Assembly (NCBI GenBank): GCA_048938855.1
Contig: JBHLLT010000005.1
Span: 1-64,000 of the forward strand
From: Promethearchaeota archaeon
Lineage (GTDB): Archaea; Asgardarchaeota; Lokiarchaeia; Sigyniarchaeales; SOKP01
Length of the DNA stretch: 64,000 bases
Direction: 5' to 3'
Below, one piece after another: positions 21,804-33,800 of this stretch (position 1 is its first letter; every line of letters begins with the position of its first letter). The translations under genes were made by a program, and so were the position numbers. The notes under the pieces are model-generated. The model did no database searches. It had not been told where the DNA came from and saw only the letters and a list, made by a program, of their open reading frames with translations.

Positions 21804-22922
21804 TTAATGTTCAGCATATATAAATTTCTTTTCAATAATTTTCTTATACATATCATCCATATTTTCTGCAGGTACAATCTCCTCTTCTTTTTTATAGAGC
21901 GTCATAGCATTTGAGCCACATGTCACAACACAATTTCCACACCCAATGCATCTATCTAAATTTACTTTAGACTTCTCATCGAACATTGTAATTGCATCCA
22001 TTTGACATCGCTCTACACAAGTTTCACATCCACTACATAATTCAGGATCTGACTGGGCATAAAAATTTGAAGAATAATATTCTGTAGGACGTGGGAACTT
22101 TTTAGCCATGGTTAAAACTCCACAGCAACAACCGCAACATGCACACAAAAACACAGGATTTTGATTGTTTTGTGGTTGGAGTACAAAACCTTCTTTTTGG
22201 TATTTATCTAATAGATCTAAGAGCACTTCCTTGGATACTTCCTCTGCAACACCATTTTCTATTGTAGCCTCAGCAAAATTATTAAACAAAATACAACAAC
22301 GACGCATATCTGATAATTTACATGGATCATCAATCAGATCGGCAGTTTGTCGACATACACATTCTATCAAAGAAATTCTTCTGACTTTGGTATTGATTAT
22401 ATCTCTTATATTATCATAAGTGCTCACATGATGTTCAGGCGTAAGACTTCTTTCGACTGGAACTGTATGAATTTGTGAGGGAGTGTCCTTACGATGGAAC
22501 TCTTTATAAAAAGTTTCCGTGGTATAATCATGCGCTAACTGGGCAAATTCTTTGGTCAATCTATTAACCTGATATTCAAATATTCCTACTGCCCATTGAG
22601 CTAAACTGTACATTTTTAGATTTTTCTCTTTGTCATAGAATAATGGGCCACCCGAAATTGATCCTTTTTCCGCTAATCTATCTAAAATTTTTTCTAATTC
22701 TTCTAAAGATATAGAAATGCCACTTCTATTCACTCGTCGATGAATTCTTTTTAAAGGTTCACCAATTGACCCCAAATTCATAGCGATTTTAGCTTCTTCA
22801 GTAGTGAATAACATTTTTAATAATCTAATTTCTTTTCCATCTTCAGATGATGGAAATCCAATGGGCATACTCTCATCAATTTTCTTATGGAGCTCATGAT
22901 ATATAGAATCTTCACTTACCAT
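21804..22922 (-). CDS. 4Fe-4S ferredoxin-domain protein (paralog of 41661..42776)
   Basis: CVCRQ, CACCGCCC, two CxxCxxCxxxC motifs; GGTGA SD upstream. Confidence 0.85.
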   Translation of the reverse strand: MVSEDSIYHELHKKIDESMPIGFPSSEDGKEIRLLKMLFTTEEAKIAMNLGSIGEPLKRIHRRVNRSGISISLEELEKILDRLAEKGSISGGPLFYDKEKNLKMYSLAQWAVGIFEYQVNRLTKEFAQLAHDYTTETFYKEFHRKDTPSQIHTVPVERSLTPEHHVSTYDNIRDIINTKVRRISLIECVCRQTADLIDDPCKLSDMRRCCILFNNFAEATIENGVAEEVSKEVLLDLLDKYQKEGFVLQPQNNQNPVFLCACCGCCCGVLTMAKKFPRPTEYYSSNFYAQSDPELCSGCETCVERCQMDAITMFDEKSKVNLDRCIGCGNCVVTCGSNAMTLYKKEEEIVPAENMDDMYKKIIEKKFIYAEH

Positions 22923-23371
22923 TCAAATCACCATTTATTTTGAAAATAGTTTTAATAAAAGTTGAATTTCAAACATAAAAAAGTAAAATAGATATATATG
23001 TTTTACAGTGTTTAAACATTGAATTCTCTTCGAGTCTATCCAAGAATCTAATGCTACTATTATTACGGATGTATGCCTAGCTCTTTATGTGGTTATAAAG
23101 TAGGAATACGTATATTTGAACGTATTTTAAAAGAAAATAAGAAAAAAGAGATAGTTAGAAATTTTAAGCAACATTTTTCGTAATATCTTTAACGAAATTA
23201 ATTTTGAATCATATTTCATAACTTACTTCATGAAAAAAACTGCGAAATTTCGCTTTTTTAGGTACTTAAATTTGATTCTTTTCAGGTGATTTTAGATTAT
23301 AACAACAATAAAAAAAAGAAAAGAAAAATAAAAAACTTATAAAATTTATTCCCATTGGTTTTGCATAAAAT

Positions 23372-24517
23372 CTAGAAGCAACGATGGATAACCTGGGGTC
23401 CCATCTCCTTATATTCCCTTCGGGTGACCCACATTCTATGGAATGTCTTCAAGGAACTTAAGATTGAACCACCAATCCATACCGAATACATACGCTCTGG
23501 TGGAGCTATGATTTTGACGTCTACACTTTCCGGGATTTGCTCTTTTATCTCTTTAGTTAATCTTTCCTTGATCCCCGGGAACATTGTTGACCCACCAGAC
23601 AATACGATGTTACTATACAAATCTCGGCGTAAGTCGACATCGCATTCTGAAATAGCACCAACAATTACGTCATCAAGAGGCTCTAATTCTTTACCAATGA
23701 CACTTGGATTAAAAAAGCATTCAGGAGCTAAAAATCGCTCTACACCGACGTTGATAGTCTCACCGTCAGGGAGCATGTAACTCTTTTCCATTCCGGCAAC
23801 TTTCTTCGAGAGCATCATCTCTTTCTCAGGATCTATAGCGACATAACATAGTTTCTCCTTTATATCTCGCACGATCTCCTTCTCGGCTGATGTGGTAAAA
23901 GAGTAACCTTTTTGTCTCAACAACCTCTGTAAATAGGTAGTAATATCCCGACCGGCAAGATCGATTCTTTGAATCGCATGACTTAGGGCGAAACCCTCGA
24001 AAATTGGTACGACGTGGGAAACCCCATCACCAATATCTATAACACATCCAGTAGTACGACCAGAAGCATAAAGACTCAATACTGCTTGCATGGCTACATA
24101 AAGAGCAGGTGTATTGAAAGTCTCAAACATAATTTCAGCCATTTTTTCACGGTTAGGTCGAGGGTTTAATGGAGCTTCTGTTAAGAGTACTGGGTGTTCA
24201 CTTGGATCGATTCTTAAGTCAGTGTAAAATGTATAATGCCAGATTTTCTCCATAGCTGTCCAGTCTTCTATGATACCATGTTCAACAGGGAACATTAACT
24301 TTAAAACGCCTTTTAATTGCATTGCTTCCTCACCAATGTAGTATTCCCGAGTATAATGCTCGACATCAGTCATGATGCTTTCATATTTAGGATACCCAAT
24401 GAGTGTAGGAAAGACTGACCGAGGTTGATCTTCACCAGCAAATCCATTTTTAGAAATTCCGGTACCGTTATCGACAACCAGGGCTTTTGCGTTCAAAAAG
24501 CTTTCTTCCTCTGCCAT
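23372..24517 (-). CDS. actin (Lokiactin, eukaryote-like)
   Basis: [63 protein letters not shown]-terminal CF; visibly higher GC than flanks. Confidence 0.97.
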   Translation of the reverse strand: MAEEESFLNAKALVVDNGTGISKNGFAGEDQPRSVFPTLIGYPKYESIMTDVEHYTREYYIGEEAMQLKGVLKLMFPVEHGIIEDWTAMEKIWHYTFYTDLRIDPSEHPVLLTEAPLNPRPNREKMAEIMFETFNTPALYVAMQAVLSLYASGRTTGCVIDIGDGVSHVVPIFEGFALSHAIQRIDLAGRDITTYLQRLLRQKGYSFTTSAEKEIVRDIKEKLCYVAIDPEKEMMLSKKVAGMEKSYMLPDGETINVGVERFLAPECFFNPSVIGKELEPLDDVIVGAISECDVDLRRDLYSNIVLSGGSTMFPGIKERLTKEIKEQIPESVDVKIIAPPERMYSVWIGGSILSSLKTFHRMWVTRREYKEMGPQVIHRCF

Positions 24518-25074
24518 ATTTCTAATTCAGCTCTTAATTTTAATTTTATATATTTTGGATTATAATTATGTATATTTTATATTACTTGTGGTAATTCTAA
24601 TTTTTATATTTTTATCAAAAAATTGTTTTTTAAAAGAACAATTTATGCGTAAAATACAAAATTTAATAATCTAATAAATTATGTATTTATAAATTTTTTT
24701 AAACCAGAAACAAAAACTACCCTAGTTTTAGAGGATTTATAAATAAATTAGGAATAATCTTAGAGAACTTGACTGATACATCAGCGTATTACAATCTAAT
24801 CATATTTCCATTGTTTACTAGGTTTATAACAAATGATGTGTAATTTTTTAGAAATAAGAAAAAACTGTTATAAAAAAAATAATGTATAACTTTTTTTCTC
24901 AAACCTTGAGTATCACGGTGATAATTTAAAAGGATAAAATAATGAAAAAATTTGAAGGTATTTTCCAGAAAATCAATAAGAACATTTATTTAATTGAGAC
25001 ACTAATTAGTAACTTGATAAGAAAGACCCTTCTTTCCTAATTATCTAATTTAATACTAAAGGGGATTCAATAAA

Positions 25075-26049
25075 TTGCCAGAAAGTGGAACAATATTATA
25101 CGATTTAAATAAGGTGTTTATACCATGTCGAACTGTCTTAGAAATGGAAGCTTTAACTTCATTATTTCTTGAATATTATAATTATGATGACATTAAGGAA
25201 TTACCCCAAAGTCAACCCACAAGCCAGAAATTAATAGAGAAATTTCATGTGCTAGAGTGCCACCCTCTCGAACACATCATTGAATATTTTATTGATGTTG
25301 TAGTAAATAAATTGAAACCTATTGTAATGTATGCTAGGGAGCATCATGATAGATTTAGAATGGGAAATGTAGAAGCGTATACTAAGACAAGACTCTGCTT
25401 ATTTTTTGCCTTACATAGGCTAAAATTAAAATTTTTAATTATTAAGAACTTTATGGACAATTTTAAAGAAAACAGCTTTAAACTAGACTCCTCTAAAGAT
25501 CAAAGTAGTCTGGGAGCGCATTCTTTTCTTTCTTCTTTTTATGAAGCCTATTACCATAAAAATGAAATGAATCTCAAACTTATGTTATCTTCAAAAAGAA
25601 TATCAGAAAGGGTAAGTGAATTAATGGATACGTCCAATACTATTACTAATGAAGATATAGTCAATGCTATAACTTTTAAAAAGTTCCTTGATGATAAAAA
25701 TAGAATTAAATTTATTATGAAAGAAATTAAGGCATCATTATTTGTTTGTAAATTGATGTTTGCTCAAATGGATGTATATACTCCTTTTACATTGGCAAAA
25801 GAAGTCAATATTGATGCCGAGGAGATAATGATAAGCCAAGATTTTATTCCAGAACTCATTCCTGCAATGTCTCAATGCTATGTTGGAAATCATATGGACC
25901 AACTTAAAGATTGTTTTACTGCTTATGAATTTATGATGAATAGAGTTTTAGAAGGGATAAATTATGCAGTTGAAATAGCTTCAGGTGGAGCAATTATACT
26001 CGATTTAGAGACGACAATCTATAATACTGGAAATATTTTTGAACTTTAG
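25075..26049 (+). CDS. hypothetical protein, divergent from actin
   Basis: 324-aa ORF, TTG start after AAAGGGGA; no recognisable motif. Confidence 0.75.
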   Translation: MPESGTILYDLNKVFIPCRTVLEMEALTSLFLEYYNYDDIKELPQSQPTSQKLIEKFHVLECHPLEHIIEYFIDVVVNKLKPIVMYAREHHDRFRMGNVEAYTKTRLCLFFALHRLKLKFLIIKNFMDNFKENSFKLDSSKDQSSLGAHSFLSSFYEAYYHKNEMNLKLMLSSKRISERVSELMDTSNTITNEDIVNAITFKKFLDDKNRIKFIMKEIKASLFVCKLMFAQMDVYTPFTLAKEVNIDAEEIMISQDFIPELIPAMSQCYVGNHMDQLKDCFTAYEFMMNRVLEGINYAVEIASGGAIILDLETTIYNTGNIFEL

Positions 26050-26144
26050 TATAGTTTGATTTTCATAAAAATTGGGCTCATTAAATATTATATAAGATAG
26101 AGTCTATTTTTCATTCAAGAAGTAAAAAAAGCAAGTCTATTAAC

Positions 26145-26282
26145 ATGAAGAATGAAAAATTAGAAATCAAACGTGAAGAATGGGAATATTTACGACAATA
26201 TAGACAAGCACCATTTCAGAAAAGATATTTGGAAATGTTAAACGAAAAAGAGTTAATGAGTACCCCGGAATCCCACAATTAA
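26145..26282 (+). CDS. possible small protein (45 aa, MKNEKLEIKREEWEYLRQY...), not in ORF track
   Basis: ATG..TAA open frame with charged helical composition. Confidence 0.35.
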   Translation: MKNEKLEIKREEWEYLRQYRQAPFQKRYLEMLNEKELMSTPESHN

Positions 26283-26331
26283 GCAAAGATATGATATAAA
26301 AAAAGTAAATTCAAAGCATAAAAATAGATCC

Positions 26332-27441
26332 CTATTTATTTTTTAGAGTTTCTTCCGCTCTTTCTATTTTCTTATTAGACCATTCGCTAACTTTGGCTAA
26401 CAATTCCATTTTATTATTTGGTCTATTCACTTCAAGTGGTTCTTTAATATAACCCTTGTTTAGAGCACTATTATAAACTTCTTCTCCAATTTTTGTTCTA
26501 ACTATTACCGTTGTTAACTTTTCTGGTGAACCAACCCCACCAAAAGAAATATCTGCATAAATATTGGAAAAATCAGCACAACCATAACATGCAGGACGAC
26601 CAATTTCGTGTAATTCTGAAAATGGTATTGTTAACGTATCTCCATTATTGAAATACAATATGAGGTTTTCTCGTACATTCATACTTTCGACTTCTTCAAA
26701 TGAAAAATTGAATTTTTCTTCTAATTTTTTTCTATCCTCATCATGAAATGAGAAGTTTAGATAGCAAAACAGACCAAAAGTATACTTAACTATATGTGCC
26801 GGGAGGATACTTAATGCTTGCATTTTTCTAATTGAATTAATTTGACATGGGGTACCAACCAGTGCTATATTTAACAAATCAGAACTCCTGACTTTTTTCA
26901 AGGCTACATTAGCAGGTATGAATGTATTATAATTTTCTAATCCAACAACTTGGCTAGAAAAGTCAAAATGAGACCCCGCAGCTTCGAGAAAATCCTCTTT
27001 ACTAGTAGCTAAAAATGAAGTTCGATTAAATGGCCCCTTCCTTTTACATACTATTGCACCATCGATTAGCTTTTTGTCTAATAAATAGTTTAAAATTGCT
27101 GTAATAGCACCCCCATCAGTTGCCCTCTTTCTAATTTCTTCAGAGGTAGCATGACAAGAAGCAATTCTTATTTCATTTCCTATAGGAGGATCGTAATTAT
27201 ATAATTTATTTAATTGATCGTTCAACACATGTGTCTGTGGACACACATAATAACAAATACCACATTTAAGACATTTATCTTTGTTCACATATTTAGGAGG
27301 TCCTGATTCTGACATCTCAATTGCTTTAATTTCACCTGCTGAACAGAAACTAACACACCCTCCACATTCTCCACAGAGGCCTTTTTCATGAACTTCTAAA
27401 ATCAAATCTTCAAACGTTTTTGAAACTGGACTAGCAGCCAT
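26332..27441 (-). CDS. FrhB/FdhB-type F420-binding subunit with N-terminal 2x[4Fe-4S]
   Basis: CGECGGCVSFC, ATDGGAIT, VGTPCQ, GLFC, C..CADF..ADISFG. Confidence 0.85.
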   Translation of the reverse strand: MAASPVSKTFEDLILEVHEKGLCGECGGCVSFCSAGEIKAIEMSESGPPKYVNKDKCLKCGICYYVCPQTHVLNDQLNKLYNYDPPIGNEIRIASCHATSEEIRKRATDGGAITAILNYLLDKKLIDGAIVCKRKGPFNRTSFLATSKEDFLEAAGSHFDFSSQVVGLENYNTFIPANVALKKVRSSDLLNIALVGTPCQINSIRKMQALSILPAHIVKYTFGLFCYLNFSFHDEDRKKLEEKFNFSFEEVESMNVRENLILYFNNGDTLTIPFSELHEIGRPACYGCADFSNIYADISFGGVGSPEKLTTVIVRTKIGEEVYNSALNKGYIKEPLEVNRPNNKMELLAKVSEWSNKKIERAEETLKNK

Positions 27442-27492
27442 TTTTCTTAACCCAATTTTAATAATTTTTTAAATAAATTTTCTTTAATTAAT

Positions 27493-28332
27493 TTAATATT
27501 CTTTTGGCATTTTATTAAGCTCCGCGAGGGTAAAAACTGGGCCATCAACGCACACATACTTGTTTCCGATATTACATCGCCCGCATTTTCCAATCCCACA
27601 CTTCATGCGCATTTCTAGAGATTGAAGGACCTGTTCCGACCCCCAATTTAATTCTTCCATGACAGCAATTGTAGTTTTAATCATGATAGGTGGTCCACAG
27701 ATAACTGCAATAGCATTATTGGAACTTGGAGCAACTTTCTTGACTATTGGTGCTACAAATCCAACTTCTTCAGTCCATCCCTCTGCTTCACGATCAATAG
27801 TTAAAACTACCTTGATATCATCTCGTTTTTTCCATTCATCTAATATATTTCGGTATAATACTTCTCCTGGGTCACGATTACCGTAAATTACTGTAATTTC
27901 ACCATAATCTTTTCGATTTTTTTCATCAAGTAAATATATTACAAGTGATCTGAGTGTTGAGAATGCGAAACCGCCTCCAATAACTACTATATTTTTTCCT
28001 TTCATCTCTTCTACTGGCCAACCGTTTCCACATGGACCTCGTATCCCTACTACATCTCCTATTTCACAATTATGAAATGCTGAAGTTACAGTACCCATTT
28101 TTTTAATAGTAAATTTAATTGTCCCCTCTTCGGTTGGAGATGATGCAATACCAATTGGGCATTCACCTTTTCCAATTAAGCTGATTTCGGCGAATTGTCC
28201 CGGAATATAATTAAAATTCTTGTAATCTTCTTCTTTATTAAATTCTAATTCGATTGTTTTGATGTCATTTAGTTTATTCTCAGAGACTATTGATTTTACT
28301 TTTGTAAGATATGGTATATAAGGATTAGGCAC
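27493..28332 (-). CDS. FAD/NAD-binding [2Fe-2S] subunit (FlxA / AsrB / sulfhydrogenase gamma-like)
   Basis: PGQF, RGPCGNGW, CGPPIM, MKCGIGKCGRC...VCVDGPVF. Confidence 0.88.
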   Translation of the reverse strand: MPNPYIPYLTKVKSIVSENKLNDIKTIELEFNKEEDYKNFNYIPGQFAEISLIGKGECPIGIASSPTEEGTIKFTIKKMGTVTSAFHNCEIGDVVGIRGPCGNGWPVEEMKGKNIVVIGGGFAFSTLRSLVIYLLDEKNRKDYGEITVIYGNRDPGEVLYRNILDEWKKRDDIKVVLTIDREAEGWTEEVGFVAPIVKKVAPSSNNAIAVICGPPIMIKTTIAVMEELNWGSEQVLQSLEMRMKCGIGKCGRCNIGNKYVCVDGPVFTLAELNKMPKEY

Positions 28333-29386
28333 TTATTTTTTCACCCTCCTTCTTTTCTACTTTTTTTATTTTATTTAGTATTACTCGAAGATCATTATTA
28401 GCTGGGCAAACATAGACACATCTACCACAGCCAACGCATCCTAATAAATCATAATTTGTTGGATAATAGCTAAATTTATGCATAATTCGATTTCTACAGC
28501 GTTGGATTTTAGTATCTCTTGGATTATGTCCACTGGTTTCCATTGTATAAAGACAGGATTGACAAGTATCCCAAATTCTAATTCTTCTCCCTCGGTTATT
28601 ATATTGATCAGTTTCATCAATTACGTCAAAACAAGTACATGTTGGACATAAATAAGAACAAGAACCACATCCAATACAAGCTTCACTTATTTCATCCCAT
28701 ACAGGATCTTCAAAACATGTAGATAGATTCTCAACAACTTTATCGACATCAATTTTAGTAGTTATTGATTCTTCTGCTTTCTTAGCTAATTCTTCTGCTT
28801 TCTTCAGATCATCTTTAGAAGCATCAGAAAGCCATGATAACTTCTGAACTAAACTTTTTCCTTTATCACTGATTGCTTCAACTAAATATTCATCTCCTAA
28901 ATCAGTTAGAAATACATCCATATTTTCCTTATTAAATGGATTCCCATTGACAGAAGTACAAAAACATGTGCTTCTTGGAGTATTACAACCGATTCCAATA
29001 AGTAGTGAATTTTCTTTTTTCTTTAAATAGATTTCATCTTTCCAATTTCCATGAAATGAAAAGAAGTTCGCAAATAATTCAAAACTATAAGCATCACAAG
29101 GACGAATTCCAAAGATCAAGATCTTCCGATCTAAATTCTGTCTATCAGTAATCTCAACATCTTTATCATCCAAAGTATATTCAAATAACACTTCATTTTG
29201 AGGAAATAATACTGATTTCGGTGGTATCTTTGAATTCAAATAATCCAAAACAATATCATTTGAGTCTTCAATCTTCTCAAACGCTATGTTTCCCTTTTTA
29301 TTTATAGGAGCATAAAAATCATACTCTGCTGATAATTCACTATATAATTTTCCTATTTGATCCTTTTTCAATTTCTTTTGTTCCAT
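28325..29386 (-). CDS. 4Fe-4S subunit (FlxB / AsrA / sulfhydrogenase beta-like)
   Basis: GIRPCD, CFC, CIGCGSCSYLCPTCTCF, WDTC, CVGCGRCVYVCP. Confidence 0.85.
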   Translation of the reverse strand: MEQKKLKKDQIGKLYSELSAEYDFYAPINKKGNIAFEKIEDSNDIVLDYLNSKIPPKSVLFPQNEVLFEYTLDDKDVEITDRQNLDRKILIFGIRPCDAYSFELFANFFSFHGNWKDEIYLKKKENSLLIGIGCNTPRSTCFCTSVNGNPFNKENMDVFLTDLGDEYLVEAISDKGKSLVQKLSWLSDASKDDLKKAEELAKKAEESITTKIDVDKVVENLSTCFEDPVWDEISEACIGCGSCSYLCPTCTCFDVIDETDQYNNRGRRIRIWDTCQSCLYTMETSGHNPRDTKIQRCRNRIMHKFSYYPTNYDLLGCVGCGRCVYVCPANNDLRVILNKIKKVEKKEGEKISA

Positions 29387-29402
29387 TCTTCAAATCACCT
29401 TT

Positions 29403-30425
29403 TTAATCTTCCTCCAACATAAATTCTTCTGCATCCTCCATTTTGAAGTCCATCATTGGAGGAACTGTTTCAGCATTGAGTCCTGAAGTGTAATCAAATC
29501 GTTCTTTAACGATTTTTTCTAATTTTCTTGTAATGAAATTCAAATCTATACCAACAGGACATACTGATGAGCATGCTCCGCACGCTACACATCTACCTGC
29601 TAGATGTTGTGCCCGGACTAAATGAAATGTAAATATATCTTGATATTCCGTAGTTTTTCCAAACCAAATAGGTTTATTTTGGTCTACAAAACAAAGATTA
29701 CAATAACATACTGGACAAGCCTGACGACAACTGTAGCATAGAGTACATTCTTGTAAAATGTCTTTAATATAAGCCCATTTCTCCTCAGCAGATTTTGATT
29801 CAAATTCTGCGATATCTGCAAATTCATCATGAATTGAGGTTAATTCTTGGCACTCACCAACACATGACTCTCCAGTGGAAGAAGGCGTTTTTACTTGGCA
29901 AACTTTGCATAGTTCATTAATATATTGATCATATGGGAATTTTTTCTCCCAATCTCTTCCCTTTACAATAATATCATCCCCAGATATTGAAACCTCAAGA
30001 ATTTCTTTTTCACCTATTTCTAGATCTATTTTACTCCTGTTAATAATGCCGTTACAATTAAACCCAATCATCTTTACTTTGTCTATATCTACTTGTTTCT
30101 CAGCAGCTAGAACATTTACAGCCCTAGCTACACAACCTTTCGCGACAATGCCAATTTTTAGAGGCTTTCTCTCTGAATCGCAAAGTTGGGGCATTAATGG
30201 AGCTAAATATCGTGCTAAATTAATATAACATAAATTATTCCAAATTAATTTGTCTATATCTTCTGCTTTTCTAATAATGATTGGTGTAGTGCTCAAAGGT
30301 ACAGTACCTTGAGAATACCCAATTATAACATCAACTTGATTTTCGCTAAGCAATTTCTTAGCATTTTCTCTTATTGAATCGGTAATTGCCTTATTATCTG
30401 TCTCAATTCCCATATTTAACACCAC
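29403..30425 (-). CDS. 4Fe-4S dicluster subunit (FlxC-like)
   Basis: KGC, CTLCYSCRQACPVCYC, HLAGRCVACGACSSVCP; located between mvhD and flxB-like genes. Confidence 0.75.
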   Translation of the reverse strand: MVLNMGIETDNKAITDSIRENAKKLLSENQVDVIIGYSQGTVPLSTTPIIIRKAEDIDKLIWNNLCYINLARYLAPLMPQLCDSERKPLKIGIVAKGCVARAVNVLAAEKQVDIDKVKMIGFNCNGIINRSKIDLEIGEKEILEVSISGDDIIVKGRDWEKKFPYDQYINELCKVCQVKTPSSTGESCVGECQELTSIHDEFADIAEFESKSAEEKWAYIKDILQECTLCYSCRQACPVCYCNLCFVDQNKPIWFGKTTEYQDIFTFHLVRAQHLAGRCVACGACSSVCPVGIDLNFITRKLEKIVKERFDYTSGLNAETVPPMMDFKMEDAEEFMLEED

Positions 30426-30871
30426 TCCCTTTGAAATTTAGTATTTGGTCCTAATTCTTTAACTAATTTTGTAGCTTTCTTTACTAGGGTAGCAAATCGC
30501 TCACCCTCTGCAGCAGATGCCCACATAAAATTAACCCTCCCAGATTCAATCCCGAAAAATTCTAAAAGTTCTTTTAAAATTGCAAATCGCCTACGGGCTA
30601 CTAGGTTTCCACTAATATAATGACAATCTCCAGGATGGCAACCACTTACGAGTACACCATCCCAACCATCAATCAAACTCTTTATTATAAAATATGGATT
30701 AACTCTACCGCTACATGGTACACGAACGATTCTTATATTGGGAGGATACTGAATCCTACTCACACCTGCTAGATCTGCTCCAGCATAAGAACACCAATTA
30801 CATAGAAATGCGATTATTTTCGGTTCCCAATTCTTATCAACATTCTTTTCTTCTAAAACTGTTTCAGTCAT
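30416..30871 (-). CDS. mvhD: MvhD/FlxD [2Fe-2S] subunit
   Basis: FLCNWCSYAGADLAG, CSGRV, GCHPGDCHY. Confidence 0.92.
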   Translation of the reverse strand: MTETVLEEKNVDKNWEPKIIAFLCNWCSYAGADLAGVSRIQYPPNIRIVRVPCSGRVNPYFIIKSLIDGWDGVLVSGCHPGDCHYISGNLVARRRFAILKELLEFFGIESGRVNFMWASAAEGERFATLVKKATKLVKELGPNTKFQREWC

Positions 30872-30889
30872 TTTTAAACCTCTTTTAAT

Positions 30890-33800
30890 TTAACCTATTC
30901 GGCCTGTTATCATTTCATATATTTGCTCACTTGTAAATCCTAAAATATCGATGGCACTACATCGACAATTCCCACTACAAGCTCCACATCCTTTACATAA
31001 TGCTTGATTAATTGATGCCACTAATCCAAAACGTCTATCTTCAATTAACTCTATTGCATTATATGCACAATTGTCTACACACATTCCACAACCTATACAA
31101 CGAGACATGTCAATTACCGCTGTTTTTCCTTCCGCTTCAATTTCATCTTTGGAAAGAATTGTACATGCTCTTGATACCGCTGCATTAGCTTGTGAAATAG
31201 AATCTTCAATAGTTTTTGGACAGTGAGCTAATCCTGCAACAAAAACACCTTCTGTTGCAAAATCTACAGGACGAAGCTTAACATGGGCTTCTAAATAAAA
31301 ATTATCATCATTTAAGGGTACTTTTAACATTTTAGCAAGTTCTTCATTTTCCTCGTGTGATGCTACAATTCCAGCACTTAATACTAATAAATCTGTGGGG
31401 ATTGATAAATCTCCCGCTTTAGTGGTTTTTACTTTCACATTTAATTTGGAGTCCTCAGCAACAATTTCTGGAGGATGATCTTCGTCATATCGAAGGAAAA
31501 TGACACCCTCTTCTCTTGCTTGTCTATAATATTTTTCCTTAAACCCATAAGTTCTAATATCTCGAAATAGAATTGTAACTTCTGTAGATGGATTTAACTT
31601 TTTAACCAATAGAGCATTTTTAATAGCTTCTGCACAACACATTTTACTACAGTAAGGGTGTTCATCATTTCTTGAACCAACACATTGGATCATTACTACT
31701 GATTTTTTATTCTTAAGAATACTATCAGTGTTTAACAATTCTTCGAATTTAGATTGCAAAATTATATTATTATTTTGACCATATAAGAACTCTTTTGGTT
31801 CATATTCTTTAGCACCTGTAGCTAAAACCACGACACCATGTTCAAATTCTGCTCGTTCTTTTTTAGGGCCATGTATTACTGAAGTTTTGAAATTTCCGAT
31901 ATATCCATCTAAACTTTCTATTTCAGCATCGGTATAAACATGAATAAATTTATTAGATTTAACTTTTTCAACTACTTCTTTTAAATAAGCTTGAACATCT
32001 CCTCCCTCAAGAGTGTGATAAATATTTCTGGCAAACCCGCCTAATTCTGCTTCTTTTTCAACTAAGTAAGTCTCAATTTCTTGACTCCCAAAATTTAATG
32101 CAGCTGTGATACCACTTATTCCCCCACCAATTACCATTGCCTTCCTCGTAACTCCTAACTTAATTCTATCTATTGGTGCTATTCTTCTTGCCTTGTTTAC
32201 AGCCATTCTAACTAGATCTTTTGCTTTCTGAGTAGCTTCTACTGGTTGATTCATATGAACCCAAGAACACTGATCTCTTATATTAGCCATTTGAAATAGG
32301 TATCTATTTAATCCTGCTTCCCTAATTGTTTCTTGGAATAATGGTTCATGAGTTCTTGGGGTACAAGACGCTACAATCACTCTATTAAGGTGATAATCTT
32401 CAATGGTCTCCTTTATTATTCCTTGAGTATCAGCAGAACAAGTATATAGATTACGATCAGCTATTACCACATTTGGAAGGGTACTAGCATATTTTGTCAC
32501 TTCTGGTACATCTACATACCCACCAATGTTAATCCCACAATGGCAAATAAATACACCAATGCGAGGAGGTTGTCCTGCAACAAAAATTTCAGGAGGGAGT
32601 GATTTTTCTGTTATTAAAGTTCCTCTCTTTTGATATAAAAGTTGGTTAACGCATCCTGCTGCAGCGCTTGCTTGAGTAACTGTCTCAGGTATATCTTTTG
32701 GCTGAGAAAAAGCACCACAAGCAAAAATACCTGGTTTAGTAGTCTGAACTGGATTAAATATATCTGTTTTTGCAAAACCAAATTCATTTAGTTCTATACC
32801 AAATTTATCAGCGAGGTATTTAGCATCATCAGGAGGATTTAATCCGACTCCTAAAACGACCATATTAAAGACTTCTTCAATTACTTTTCCATCTTCAGTT
32901 TCATACCGAAGTTTTAAATCTTTAGTCTCAGGTATTTCGACAACTGAAGAAATCCTACTTCGAATATATCTAATACCATATTCTTCTTGAGCTCTAATAA
33001 TATATTTATCAAAGTCTTTTCCATAAGCTCTAATATCCATACTAAAAATAGTAGGTTTTACTTCATGCTGATGTTCATGAGCAATCACAGCCTCTTTTGC
33101 CGTATACATACAACAAACTGAAGAACAATAAGGTTGACCCTCTCCTGAATAATCACGAGATCCTACACACTGAAGGAAAGCTACCTTTTTAGGAATATCA
33201 CCATCAGAAGGTCGGAGAACTCTACCTGCGTAAGGACCGCTTGCACTTAATATACGTTCAAATTCAATAGAAGTAACTACATTTTTATAAGTACTATATC
33301 CATATTTATTGACAGCTTTAGGGATAAATTCATCAAAACCAGGTGCTAGTACTATAGATCCAACATTGATATCGATAATTTCATCCTCACGTTCATATTC
33401 TACTGCTTTGGCTTTACAAACACCAGCACACACTCCACAGCCGATACAATAATCTTTATTAATCGCATAAACAAGTGGGACCGCTTGAGGATATTTTACA
33501 GAAGTAGCATGATATTTAGCTAAACCTTCATTAAAGATATCAATAGCCTCAACAGGACAATTTCTCCCACAAACTCCACATCCTGTACATATATCAGGAT
33601 TAATATATAGAGATTTTTTTTTCACTTTTACAATGAAATTACCTGCTTCTCCAGAGACGTCTAAAATTTCACAATTTATACTCAGATCGATGTTCTGGTG
33701 GCGTCCAGTCTCTACGAGCTTCGGTGATACAATACACATCGCGCAATCATTTGTGGGAAACGTCTTATCCAATTGGGCCATTACTCCACCAATACTGGTT

